Source of the DNA: an uncultured euryarchaeote
GTDB taxonomy: Archaea; Thermoplasmatota; Poseidoniia; Poseidoniales; Poseidoniaceae
Length of the DNA stretch: 60,677 bases
Assembly (NCBI GenBank): GCA_963991835.1
Contig: CAXDRT010000001.1
Span: 1 to 60,677, forward strand
Direction of reading: 5' to 3'
Below the pieces are notes generated by a model. The model searched no databases. It had not been told where the DNA came from and saw only the letters and a list, made by a program, of their open reading frames with translations. Made by a program: the position numbers and the translations under genes. Shown piece by piece: positions 38,701 to 46,333 of this stretch. Each line of letters starts with the position of its first letter. Position 1 is the stretch's first letter.

Positions 38701-40633
38701 TGCAACGATGATTCAACCTCTTCTTGGACCTCATGATGGTCTTGTGGATGTACTCGCATGGGTTGGCCAAGCGCAAACTTCTCTCCACCTTCATCTGTAC
38801 CAACTCCAATCAATGGATCTTACTCAGGCCCTTATTGATGCACACGAACGAGGCGTTGCAGTCGTTGTTGTTCTCAATGAAGTCGAATCATGGTGGAATA
38901 CCAATGATCGAGAATCTCAAGCATCTTATGCATACCTTCTCAAGGAAGCTGGAGTCGATGTATTTTGGTTTGGAGGAAGCGGCGATGACCCTTACCTCTA
39001 CCTTCACGCTAAAGTTGCAGTTCAAGATGAGGCGTCCGTTTGGATAGGCTCAGGAAATTGGAAGGATGCATCACTCCCTCCACCAGGCCAACGTGGCAAC
39101 AGGGATTGGAGTATGATCGTACAAAGCCAAGAACTTGCTCAGACTGTTTTGGAGCACATGGCCTTTGATGAAAATTCAATGTATGTTTTACCAGTATCAT
39201 CGACTCCTCCAACCAACAGTTATTCCGTACCTGATGTGCGAACAATCGTAGGAGATTCTGCTCCACAATACACTGGAACATACTCTGGCACCCTTCTCAC
39301 ATGCCCTGATGATTGTGTCGAAGGTTTAACCAGCATGATTGAAAGCGCTAACAGTGAAATTTTACTCTCATTGCAATATCTTGATCTTGATTGGCAATGG
39401 GGATGGGGTGAAAACCCAGTCGTAAGTGCACTCGAAGATGCTGCACAGCGAGATGTTTCAATACGTCTTATCATCAATGGAGCATATCTTGATGAAGATA
39501 TCCAAGACATTGTTGACAGAATGAATAACGATTGGAATCAAACCAATGGATGGGATGTTTCTGCAATCATCATGAGTGAAGATGACGATGTATCTAAACT
39601 ACACAACAAAGGAGCAATCGTCGATGGTACATCTGTCCTCATTTCAAGCATCAACTGGGGTGATTCAGCCATGGTTCGTAACCGAGAAATGGGATTGATT
39701 ATCGATTCTACTGAGATTGCTACACCATACATCAATTCATGGTATGCTGATTGGAATCGACTTGACAACGTAACCGATACCGACAACGATGGTTTACCTG
39801 ATATCTGGGAAGTTGGAAACGGACTAAACAGAACAATCGCAATGTTTGGCACCATTCTCGAGGCTGATATCGATGTCGATGGAGACACACTCTCAAATTA
39901 CGACGAATACATCTTGGGAGGAAATCCGCTCTCTGTAGACACGGATGGAGATTGTATTATGGATCAGATTGAAGTCGCTTGGGCACAAACAACTGCATTA
40001 GATTCTGAAGTTACTGACGTGTCTCCATACGATGCAATCAACATGGCTGATGCTAATGGAGATGGAATCAATGAAGCCGATGCATTAGGTTGCGATCTTG
40101 GTGGTATCACTCCAGAACCAACTGGTAACGAAACCAATGACACTGGAAATGACTCACCTGATGACGACAATGACGGTGTTTTGGATGTTGACGATGATTG
40201 TCCCGATACATTGCCAGACACACCAACAGACATTGATGGATGTTCACTCTCACAACTCAATCAAAACGCTGGTGATTCCAGTGGAGAGGCTGATGAAGGC
40301 ATGGGTGCAACGTTCATGTTATTGTTGATGCTTGGTGGAGCGCTCTTACTTATTGGTGCAGCGAACGGAATTATTCAATCGCGTAAGGAAAAATCCGAAG
40401 TTAAGGATTGGGTTGCGGAAGAAGAATTGAATGCAGTTATCGGTTCTTCTGAATCATGGGATCAACCTGTTCTTGATGGTCAAGCCTCTGATAATCAGAG
40501 TGGATTATCGACTCAAGACCTTGCACGCTTCCCCGGATGGGATAAAGCAATGATAGAGAAGTATTTGGAGATGGGATGGAGTCTTGACCAATTAGAAGAA
40601 TACTATCTAGAACAGAAGTCTGAACATGCTTGA
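35702..40633 (+). CDS. surface-anchored 6x lamin-tail-domain (LTD) + phospholipase D-superfamily (2x HKD) enzyme with TSP3 repeats and C-terminal TM
   Basis: 1643 aa. The signal peptide starts at the internal Met (MRGQSYLLLALLLLVPF, ~35741). Six LTD signatures are present (CINEALPNPNG..GEWLEIYNSGTTSVDVRNWYF; LQINEVMAD..GEWVELYNNGTSTINMSGWWL; GFNEIMP..GEWIELLNTGTTDIDLNGWSI; ITELLAD..GEWIEIHNFGSSEVDVAGWRF; ITEIASS..ADWIELHNTGIENINLSRWRV; FTSVMWD..EFFELTNNGEEAATLSGWKI). HKD motif 1 is LHAKVAVQDEASVWIGSGNW (His codon 39005-39007) and HKD motif 2 is LHNKGAIVDGTSVLISSINW (His codon 39602-39604). TSP3-like repeats include DTDNDGLPD, DVDGDTLSNYDE, DTDGDCIMD and DDDNDGVLDVDDDCPD. The TM lies at ~40301-40375. 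Confidence 0.85.
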   Translation: MRGMTLGGLVGDTMRGQSYLLLALLLLVPFTPFVEPVESTSARSQPCAGAVCINEALPNPNGLDDATYPGGEWLEIYNSGTTSVDVRNWYFSNKASKTLTFDVNSIVDYDANNASTYTIAPGEYMVIARNGYTNFYVANSNDFMTLYDGSGNWIDEATWNSSSSGVSLEQDPSDPYADWIPTSNPTPGSSNTGGGSTGPTFYPSELQINEVMADSWPSRDNASWPGGEWVELYNNGTSTINMSGWWLQDQAGNMIEMDSTHLVGATSDYATHLIYPGETRIVAVNATSSSGVLNNGQETLRLYLPNGSIGDEVSWTSNEPGFSIEENPLGGMWVISTYPTPNSTNIPPLDTISATGSVGFNEIMPVSNHDGNASPEGEWIELLNTGTTDIDLNGWSIIDGMGNQTFLDPGSIAVNSSQGSTTILSGERRLIEFTTDTRLWDNYNHLILLDASSMIVDVAWYATNYGPNISLLRSTNYNDAWSPSLYPTPGQPEPIPTATTGDIRITELLADAVGSDSESYPGGEWIEIHNFGSSEVDVAGWRFSAANRNLMLHQYNMPMKSTTILAPGETTLIALNGTSQFYLKHTTPDQINLIDGNGAIAHSAQWTSTLEGGSLINNTETHAGAGQSGLNAPSTSLTWGVDDWVNSAWATPGTANPIWPEYTNSESIVITEIASSCDDSTFSPGADWIELHNTGIENINLSRWRVSVDYTSNPLMGRQFIDSTMLWNHGENNTTVESGQRIVVELTYDIFGGSLEDSGVLEILNPDGELVTSAAPSSEFLASNCVTYGYNETNSEWVEFAWPTPGTEEPDATMIASQDSIKFTSVMWDGISSISTELEFFELTNNGEEAATLSGWKIKRTAADNTEYTADITNLQIDAGSSVKLTNDVSALTLYEDGTILDMNTVMSSPIYLLDSGMALQLIHPTGAVADTIVYGNGPVDAIGWSGVALSEPVSGIDNLILYRGDGCGTITDTNQSVDWHQRWGRLGASDFCTDLTFSDATMIQPLLGPHDGLVDVLAWVGQAQTSLHLHLYQLQSMDLTQALIDAHERGVAVVVVLNEVESWWNTNDRESQASYAYLLKEAGVDVFWFGGSGDDPYLYLHAKVAVQDEASVWIGSGNWKDASLPPPGQRGNRDWSMIVQSQELAQTVLEHMAFDENSMYVLPVSSTPPTNSYSVPDVRTIVGDSAPQYTGTYSGTLLTCPDDCVEGLTSMIESANSEILLSLQYLDLDWQWGWGENPVVSALEDAAQRDVSIRLIINGAYLDEDIQDIVDRMNNDWNQTNGWDVSAIIMSEDDDVSKLHNKGAIVDGTSVLISSINWGDSAMVRNREMGLIIDSTEIATPYINSWYADWNRLDNVTDTDNDGLPDIWEVGNGLNRTIAMFGTILEADIDVDGDTLSNYDEYILGGNPLSVDTDGDCIMDQIEVAWAQTTALDSEVTDVSPYDAINMADANGDGINEADALGCDLGGITPEPTGNETNDTGNDSPDDDNDGVLDVDDDCPDTLPDTPTDIDGCSLSQLNQNAGDSSGEADEGMGATFMLLLMLGGALLLIGAANGIIQSRKEKSEVKDWVAEEELNAVIGSSESWDQPVLDGQASDNQSGLSTQDLARFPGWDKAMIEKYLEMGWSLDQLEEYYLEQKSEHA

Positions 40634-41408
40634 GACACGTAACCTTGACAAAGGACCACACTCAGGCAAAGTCATGGCTTACACTTCAAGTAACCCCGTA
40701 TTCCAACCAAAATTTTGGAATACAATCTCTGGAAACGACCGAATGACATTCGAAGGAACATTACAAAAAATAGGTATTCTCTTCGCATTGATGACCATAT
40801 CTGCCCTTGGAACTGTTGCCCTTGGATTCGCTGTACCTGGACTGCTGTACCCAATGATGATATTTGGTATGGTCGGAACATTTGGAATGGGCCTTTGGCT
40901 CGTGTTTTCACGCCCATCCAACCCCCAAGTACCAGTCATGATCTATGCTTTTATGGAAGGATTCTTCATTGGACCACTCACCCTTGTGTTCGAGATAATG
41001 TATCCTGGAATTGCTATACAAGCAGGCCTTGCAACACTAGGAGTCATTGGTGCAATGTTGACAATTTATTCATTACGAATTATACGCCCTACGCCAACAT
41101 TCAACAAGATTGTATTCTCACTAACAATGTCGATTATGTTCGTTTACCTGATAAACGTCGTATTCATGTTTACACCTTATGAACTTCCATTCTTCCATTC
41201 AAGTGGGCCAATTGGAATCGGGATTAGTGTATTCATTATTGTTGTTGCATCCCTCATGCTGATCTCCAACTTTGGAATGATCGAGGCTGGTGTACGCATG
41301 GGTGCTCCGAAACAGCAGGAGTGGTGGGGCGCTTACGGAATTCTCATTACAGTCATCTGGTTGTACTTTGAAATGCTACGATTGCTCGCTAAACTACGTA
41401 GTGACTAG
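40626..41408 (+). CDS. Bax inhibitor-1/YccA family membrane protein
   Basis: 7-TM protein. The N-terminus MAYTSSNPVFQP is typical of the family, which makes ATG 40674 the likely true start. The tracked start at 40626 would overlap the upstream gene by 8 nt. Confidence 0.7.
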   Translation: MLETRNLDKGPHSGKVMAYTSSNPVFQPKFWNTISGNDRMTFEGTLQKIGILFALMTISALGTVALGFAVPGLLYPMMIFGMVGTFGMGLWLVFSRPSNPQVPVMIYAFMEGFFIGPLTLVFEIMYPGIAIQAGLATLGVIGAMLTIYSLRIIRPTPTFNKIVFSLTMSIMFVYLINVVFMFTPYELPFFHSSGPIGIGISVFIIVVASLMLISNFGMIEAGVRMGAPKQQEWWGAYGILITVIWLYFEMLRLLAKLRSD

Positions 41409-41410
41409 GG

Positions 41411-42373
41411 GTGAAACCTTTGTCAAGACCATTACCTGTAGCGGATTTACAAGATTTCCTATCAGGTGATGAAGACCGTCGTATGGCCTTTATCCAAGCG
41501 GTTGGAGAATCCCTCTCCGACATTGGATTCTTTGCACTGATTAATCACGGAATTGATCTCAACCATATTGAGGACACATACGAACAAGCAGAGTATTTCT
41601 TTGACCTTGATGAAGAAACAAAGCGAATGTATTTGCGTCCAGAAATTTCACATCAAAGAGGATATACCGCATTTGGGATTGAGCATGCAAAGAACAATCC
41701 TGCTCCTGATTTGAAAGAATTCTGGCAAACAGGAAGAGGTAATCAAGGCAGTAAAACAGACCTCACATATCCCGCAAACATTTGGCCAGGCAAGCATTTA
41801 CCTGATTTTGAAAAGAATGTTGATTCACTTTACAATAAGATGGAAGAAATATCAACCATGCTTCTCAGTGCATGCAGCACATATCTTGGTCATGATGAAA
41901 CATGGCTTCCAGAAATGGCAAGAGAAGGAAACACAATCATGAGAATCATCCATTATCCTCCTCTTGATGAATCTACACCTGAAGGAGCGGTGCGTTCTGC
42001 AGCTCACGAAGACATCAATCTGATTACCTTACTAATGACTGCAACTGCCGCAGGTTTACAGGTCATGGATCATGATGGGACATGGATTGATGTTGAAGGC
42101 AACCATGAGCAGATTATCGTCGATTCAGGCGATATGATTCAGAACCTGACAAATGGTCTTTTCAAATCAACAACACACAGAGTTGTCAATCCTGGTGATT
42201 CGACTCAGAGACGATTTTCTATGCCAATGTTCGTTCATCCAAGGAACGAAATTGACCTAACGCCCCTCGAAGAATTTGTTTCACAAACAGGGGGCGTCGT
42301 CTCTTATCCATCCATCAAAGCAGGAGAGTATCTTCATCAACGCCTCGTTGAGATCGGGTTAGCATCGAAGTGA
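41411..42373 (+). CDS. 2-oxoglutarate/Fe(II)-dependent oxygenase (isopenicillin N synthase-like family)
   Basis: 320 aa. It has a DIOX_N-like N-terminus (LPVADLQDF...GFFALINHGI), the HxD facial triad in AAHEDINLITLL, the distal His in TTHRV, and RxS in RRFSMPMF. Confidence 0.85.
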   Translation: MKPLSRPLPVADLQDFLSGDEDRRMAFIQAVGESLSDIGFFALINHGIDLNHIEDTYEQAEYFFDLDEETKRMYLRPEISHQRGYTAFGIEHAKNNPAPDLKEFWQTGRGNQGSKTDLTYPANIWPGKHLPDFEKNVDSLYNKMEEISTMLLSACSTYLGHDETWLPEMAREGNTIMRIIHYPPLDESTPEGAVRSAAHEDINLITLLMTATAAGLQVMDHDGTWIDVEGNHEQIIVDSGDMIQNLTNGLFKSTTHRVVNPGDSTQRRFSMPMFVHPRNEIDLTPLEEFVSQTGGVVSYPSIKAGEYLHQRLVEIGLASK

Positions 42374-42382
42374 GTTGATCTC

Positions 42383-43648
42383 ATGCACATCCCTACATTA
42401 CTCGCTAAGAAAAGAGATGGGGACATTCTCTCTCAACAAGAACTCTCTTGGTTTATTGCCAATCTTTCAGAAATTCCCAATGAGCAAATAGGAGCCTTCT
42501 TAATGGCATGTCAAATCAACGGACTGAATTCTGATGAGACATACCATTTGACTACATCCATGCTTGAAAGTGGTGAATCACTCCCCCTTAATCCAACATC
42601 TGTTGACAAACATTCAACAGGAGGAGTGGGTGATAAGATGAGCATTATTCTAGCCCCAGCACTTCGAGCATGTGGAGCGACAGTACCGATGCTTGCGGGT
42701 AGAGGATTAGCCCACACTGGCGGAACCATCGATAAACTCGAATCAATACCTGGCTTCGATACTGGATTGAGTATCGAAGTGATGAAAGAAAATCCCTGCT
42801 TTATTTCAAGGCAGACAAATGAAATTGCACCAGCAGATTCCATTCTTTATGCCATTCGGGACGTAACTGCTACTGTCCCATGTATTGGTTTAATCACAGC
42901 TTCAATATTATCAAAGAAGGCCGCAGAAGGAATTCATTCGCTTGTACTTGATGTCAAATACGGAAGAGCTGCATTTATGCAGCATTCTGAAAAAGCAAGA
43001 GAATTAGCTGTATCTATGGTTCAAGTTGGTACACAACTCGGCATTCAAGTCACTGCACAATTAACTCAAATGGACCACCCACTAGGCAATTGGCTAGGGA
43101 ATAGTCACGAAATCTACGAATCAATTCAGTGCTTGAAAGGAATCGGTCCAGAAGATACAATGGAATTGGTTGCTGCTCAAGCAAATGCACTTGGGTTTGA
43201 TATTGACGAAGTTATTCGTAACGGTTCTGCATTGACTGAATTTAAGGATATGATGATTCGACAAGGTGTTGATCCTGATGTCGCAGATACGCTCCTCCAT
43301 GATCCTTGGAGCGTTTTGCCAAGAGCCCCTCAACAGTATGTCCTCATGGCTGAACAAAATGGTAACATCGCTGATATTGACGCACTGGTCATAGGCCAAG
43401 TTCTCTGTGAAGCAGGTGCTGGCCGTTCCCAACAGGGTCAAGAAATTGATCATGGAATCGGAATTCAATTGCATAAAAAAGTCTCTGATAATGTAGAAGA
43501 AGGAGATCCAATAATGACACTTGATGCAGACTATGGCTTCGACATGCACCTTTTACAGCGATTAAAGGATTCGATTAAAATCAGCGAATATCAAGTAAAA
43601 GACGGTTTACGAGTCCTCGAAACCATCACGATTGAGAACTGTTCGTAG
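42383..43648 (+). CDS. deoA: thymidine/pyrimidine-nucleoside phosphorylase
   Basis: 421 aa. It carries the DKHSTGGVGDK signature, and the length and layout fit the bacterial-type DeoA/Pdp rather than the longer AMP phosphorylase. Confidence 0.9.
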   Translation: MHIPTLLAKKRDGDILSQQELSWFIANLSEIPNEQIGAFLMACQINGLNSDETYHLTTSMLESGESLPLNPTSVDKHSTGGVGDKMSIILAPALRACGATVPMLAGRGLAHTGGTIDKLESIPGFDTGLSIEVMKENPCFISRQTNEIAPADSILYAIRDVTATVPCIGLITASILSKKAAEGIHSLVLDVKYGRAAFMQHSEKARELAVSMVQVGTQLGIQVTAQLTQMDHPLGNWLGNSHEIYESIQCLKGIGPEDTMELVAAQANALGFDIDEVIRNGSALTEFKDMMIRQGVDPDVADTLLHDPWSVLPRAPQQYVLMAEQNGNIADIDALVIGQVLCEAGAGRSQQGQEIDHGIGIQLHKKVSDNVEEGDPIMTLDADYGFDMHLLQRLKDSIKISEYQVKDGLRVLETITIENCS

Positions 43649-43671
43649 TTCTCGATTCAATGGAAGCCGTC

Positions 43672-43678
43672 ATAAAGG
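43672..43678 (+). promoter_or_regulatory. TATA-like box upstream of tRNA-Asn
   Basis: ATAAAGG lies 21-27 nt upstream of the tRNA 5' end, which is the expected archaeal TATA position. This is a weak single-motif call. Confidence 0.25.
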
Positions 43679-43698
43679 AGATGTTGTTGGGAAAAATC

Positions 43699-43774
43699 GC
43701 CGATTTAGCTTAGCTGGTGGAGCGTGGGACTGTTAATCCCAAGGTCGTGGGTTCGAGCCCCACAATCGGCGCCA
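43699..43774 (+). tRNA. tRNA-Asn (GTT), CCA encoded
   Basis: Folds as GCCGATT TA GCTT AGCTGGTG GAGC G TGGGA CTGTTAA TCCCA AGGTC GTGGG TTCGAGC CCCAC AATCGGC G CCA. The cloverleaf is complete. The encoded CCA abuts the guaA-B stop codon. Confidence 0.92.
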
Positions 43775-44746
43775 TTATTCCCACTCGATTGTACCGGGTG
43801 GTTTGTGCGTAATATCGTAGACGACACGATTTACTGCGCCTTTGACTGCATTGGTAATACGTGTGCTAATCTTTTGCAAGATTGCATGAGGGATTTCAGA
43901 ATATCGAGCAGACATTCCGTCCATGCTTTTTACAGCGCGAACGACTACGGTTTCACCATACGCCCGTACATCACCATGAACACCTACAGATCTAACGGGG
44001 AGGAGCGCTGCGAAGTATTGCCATGGGAGTTCCATTTCACCAGCTTCGGCCGCTGACTCAAATTCTTCCTCGACAATAGCGCATGCTTCTCTTACAACTG
44101 CAACACGTTCAGGAGTGAGTTCTCCAAGAGTCCGTACGGCAAGTCCAGGTCCAGGGAAGGGTTGACGTTCTGCAACGATGATTTCGAGTTCTCTTGCGAG
44201 TTCACGAACTTCATCCTTGTACAGATCTCGCAGAGGTTCAACAACTTCAAGCGTCATGTCCTCTGGTAATCCTCCAACATTGTGATGGGATTTTATCGTA
44301 TCACGAACACCACCACCAGATTCAATCCAATCTGGAGCAATGGTTCCTTGAACTAGATATTTAGCACCACATTTCTTTTGCTCATCTTCGAAGATTCTGA
44401 TAAAGAGTTCTCCAATGACCTTACGCTTTTCTTCAGGCTCTGTGACTCCTTGAAGAGCCTCAAAATATCTGTCTGCAGCTTTTACGGTGACTAAATTGAT
44501 TCCCTGATCTGCAAGCATTTTTTCAATTTCTTCAGTCTCATTCTTGCGCATAAATCCAGTATCGACGTAGACGCAATGGAGAAGATCTCCTACTGCTTTG
44601 CTTGCAATAACAGCAGCAACGGTTGAATCAACACCACCCGAACAAGCAATGATTGCAATGTCATCAATTGTAGCCTTCATTTGTTCAATCGATTCCTCGA
44701 TGAATTCAGGCGCATCAAACATCTCAATCCCTGCCGTTAACTTCAC
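43775..44746 (-). CDS. guaA: GMP synthase (glutamine-hydrolysing) subunit B, ATP pyrophosphatase
   Basis: It has the PP-loop ACSGGVDSTVAA and the C-terminal KPPGTIEWE. The likely true start is MFDAPEFIEESI (ATG 44722), 1 nt after the purE stop. A stand-alone B subunit is the archaeal arrangement. Confidence 0.9.
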   Translation of the reverse strand: MKLTAGIEMFDAPEFIEESIEQMKATIDDIAIIACSGGVDSTVAAVIASKAVGDLLHCVYVDTGFMRKNETEEIEKMLADQGINLVTVKAADRYFEALQGVTEPEEKRKVIGELFIRIFEDEQKKCGAKYLVQGTIAPDWIESGGGVRDTIKSHHNVGGLPEDMTLEVVEPLRDLYKDEVRELARELEIIVAERQPFPGPGLAVRTLGELTPERVAVVREACAIVEEEFESAAEAGEMELPWQYFAALLPVRSVGVHGDVRAYGETVVVRAVKSMDGMSARYSEIPHAILQKISTRITNAVKGAVNRVVYDITHKPPGTIEWE

Positions 44747-45203
44747 GATCCATCTTTAGAACTCGTTCAATTTGGTCTAGTTTGTCTTGGACTAGTTTTT
44801 GAGCCATGTCATCATTAACAAGGGCAAGCATTTGCACTGCAAGATGACCAGCGTTGTCTCCACGATCAACACCGACAGTAGCAGCTGGAACACCAGGCGG
44901 AAGTTGGACAATTGAGAGAAGGGAATCAAATGGAACCTTTCCACCACAAGGAACTCCAATGACTGGCTTTGTTGTTAGAGCAGCAACTGCACCTGGTAAT
45001 GCAGCAGCAAGACCAGCCATTGCGATGAAGACTTTACATCCATCTTCTTCGGCTTTGTGTATAATTTCTTCAACGAATTTAGGAGAGCGGTGAGCAGAAG
45101 CCACACGTAGTTGATAATCGACGCCAAAATGGTCGAGAATTTTTGTACACTTTTCAGCAATAGGCATGTCCGATTTAGAACCGAGTAAAATGGTTACATC
45201 CAT
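44724..45203 (-). CDS. purE: N5-carboxyaminoimidazole ribonucleotide mutase
   Basis: 159 aa. ILLGSKSDMPIAEK and VASAHRSP are typical PurE blocks. Confidence 0.92.
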   Translation of the reverse strand: MDVTILLGSKSDMPIAEKCTKILDHFGVDYQLRVASAHRSPKFVEEIIHKAEEDGCKVFIAMAGLAAALPGAVAALTTKPVIGVPCGGKVPFDSLLSIVQLPPGVPAATVGVDRGDNAGHLAVQMLALVNDDMAQKLVQDKLDQIERVLKMDREVNGRD

Positions 45204-45264
45204 GTATCTCTCCCGGCGCGTATAGTTCTTTTAGATGACCCTCGGCCATCCTACAGAAAAACCA

Positions 45265-45900
45265 TCACTCTTCTTCGATTAGAATGCCATTTAGATCGAA
45301 AAAATCTTTGCTGAAAACATCGAGATGTAACCAACATCCGTCTTCTTCGAATGTGCAATACAATGCTCCAATTGTGCCTTTCTTTCTCAAGATAGCCATC
45401 AGCCCATTTGAAGCTCTAGCGTTGAGTATGTGCCATTGATTTCTCTGAACTGGTGAAATCTCGAGGAGTGTTTTTGGATTCCATTCATGCCGAAACTGAA
45501 CGCCAAAACCTGCAGAGGTCCGATTAGCGATGTGATAGGTCAGAGAAAATTGAATCCATACAATTCCCAGCGGAATCCATGAGGATACTGAATCAATAAA
45601 CGTGAGAATGAGGCCTGCAATTAGTAGAAGACCAATCAAGTGAACACCTCGATGGAGGATCAGAACTCTTCGGTGTGACATCGTGGAGAACAGAGCAAAA
45701 CCAAGCAAAAGGATTGAGGCTAACAAGAACCATGACACAAGATGTGTGTATTTCCCAGAGATTAACAGTAATATTGGGCAGACAAGAGTGAACAGTGACC
45801 ATGCCATTGTAAAGAGCGGAATCATCATGACGGGACGTTCCTCTGAAGGGAACCAACCATCAACAAACAATCCAACCATACCATTGCCAAGAACTCCCAC
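45265..45900 (-). CDS. hypothetical membrane protein (4 TM + soluble C-terminal domain)
   Basis: 211 aa with four N-terminal hydrophobic helices. No motif recognised. Confidence 0.45.
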   Translation of the reverse strand: MGVLGNGMVGLFVDGWFPSEERPVMMIPLFTMAWSLFTLVCPILLLISGKYTHLVSWFLLASILLLGFALFSTMSHRRVLILHRGVHLIGLLLIAGLILTFIDSVSSWIPLGIVWIQFSLTYHIANRTSAGFGVQFRHEWNPKTLLEISPVQRNQWHILNARASNGLMAILRKKGTIGALYCTFEEDGCWLHLDVFSKDFFDLNGILIEEE

Positions 45901-45925
45901 TTCATTTGATTGTTGTATATAGGCG

Positions 45926-46333
45926 ATGAGATTAAATCGTATCAGTGAGACAAGTCATAGAATGGAACAAGTTTATTCATGCTCAAGGGAAGGATTTCTC
46001 GACCAGTTGAAAAAACATCCTTACCTTCGTATTCAAGACAAAGAAAACACACTCATCCTCCGAAAGGGTTGGTTGCAGATGATTTCTTTGAGCATTATCA
46101 AAATGGATGAGCAGATTTCCGTCCGTTTTCGACCAAAGATAAGCCCTGTGGGTTTGATGATCCTCGCAACAGCCATTGTCATCTCAATCGCATCGATTTC
46201 ATGGTTTTGGACCCTTCTGCAAGCGGTACTGATTGGATTCGGTTTACTTGTCCATTCATCCCAACTGACTTGGGAGATGTTGCAGTTTACTCAAGAACCA
46301 GTGGAATTTAGTCATCATTCATCAAATGGATGA
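45926..46333 (+). CDS. hypothetical small membrane protein
   Basis: 135 aa with a soluble N-terminal half and two C-terminal hydrophobic helices. Its 3' end overlaps gcvPB convergently by 19 nt. Confidence 0.4.
   Translation: MRLNRISETSHRMEQVYSCSREGFLDQLKKHPYLRIQDKENTLILRKGWLQMISLSIIKMDEQISVRFRPKISPVGLMILATAIVISIASISWFWTLLQAVLIGFGLLVHSSQLTWEMLQFTQEPVEFSHHSSNG

Noticed and set aside
40626-40673. 16-codon N-terminal extension of the BI-1 gene overlapping the upstream PLD gene
   Set aside because: The family-typical N-terminus MAYTSSNPVF begins at ATG 40674. The extension (MLETRNLDKGPHSGKV) has no counterpart in the family and is probably an ORF-caller artefact.
30916-43774. tRNA-Met and tRNA-Asn considered as integration sites bounding a genomic island
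   Set aside because: I noticed no integrase, recombinase, transposase or phage gene, and no duplicated tRNA 3' fragment. The intervening genes include core functions and look compositionally uniform by eye.
43724-44056. 110-aa plus-strand ORF starting inside tRNA-Asn
   Set aside because: It overlaps the tRNA and is antisense to guaA-B, which has a clear PP-loop and the conserved C-terminus. It has no motifs of its own.
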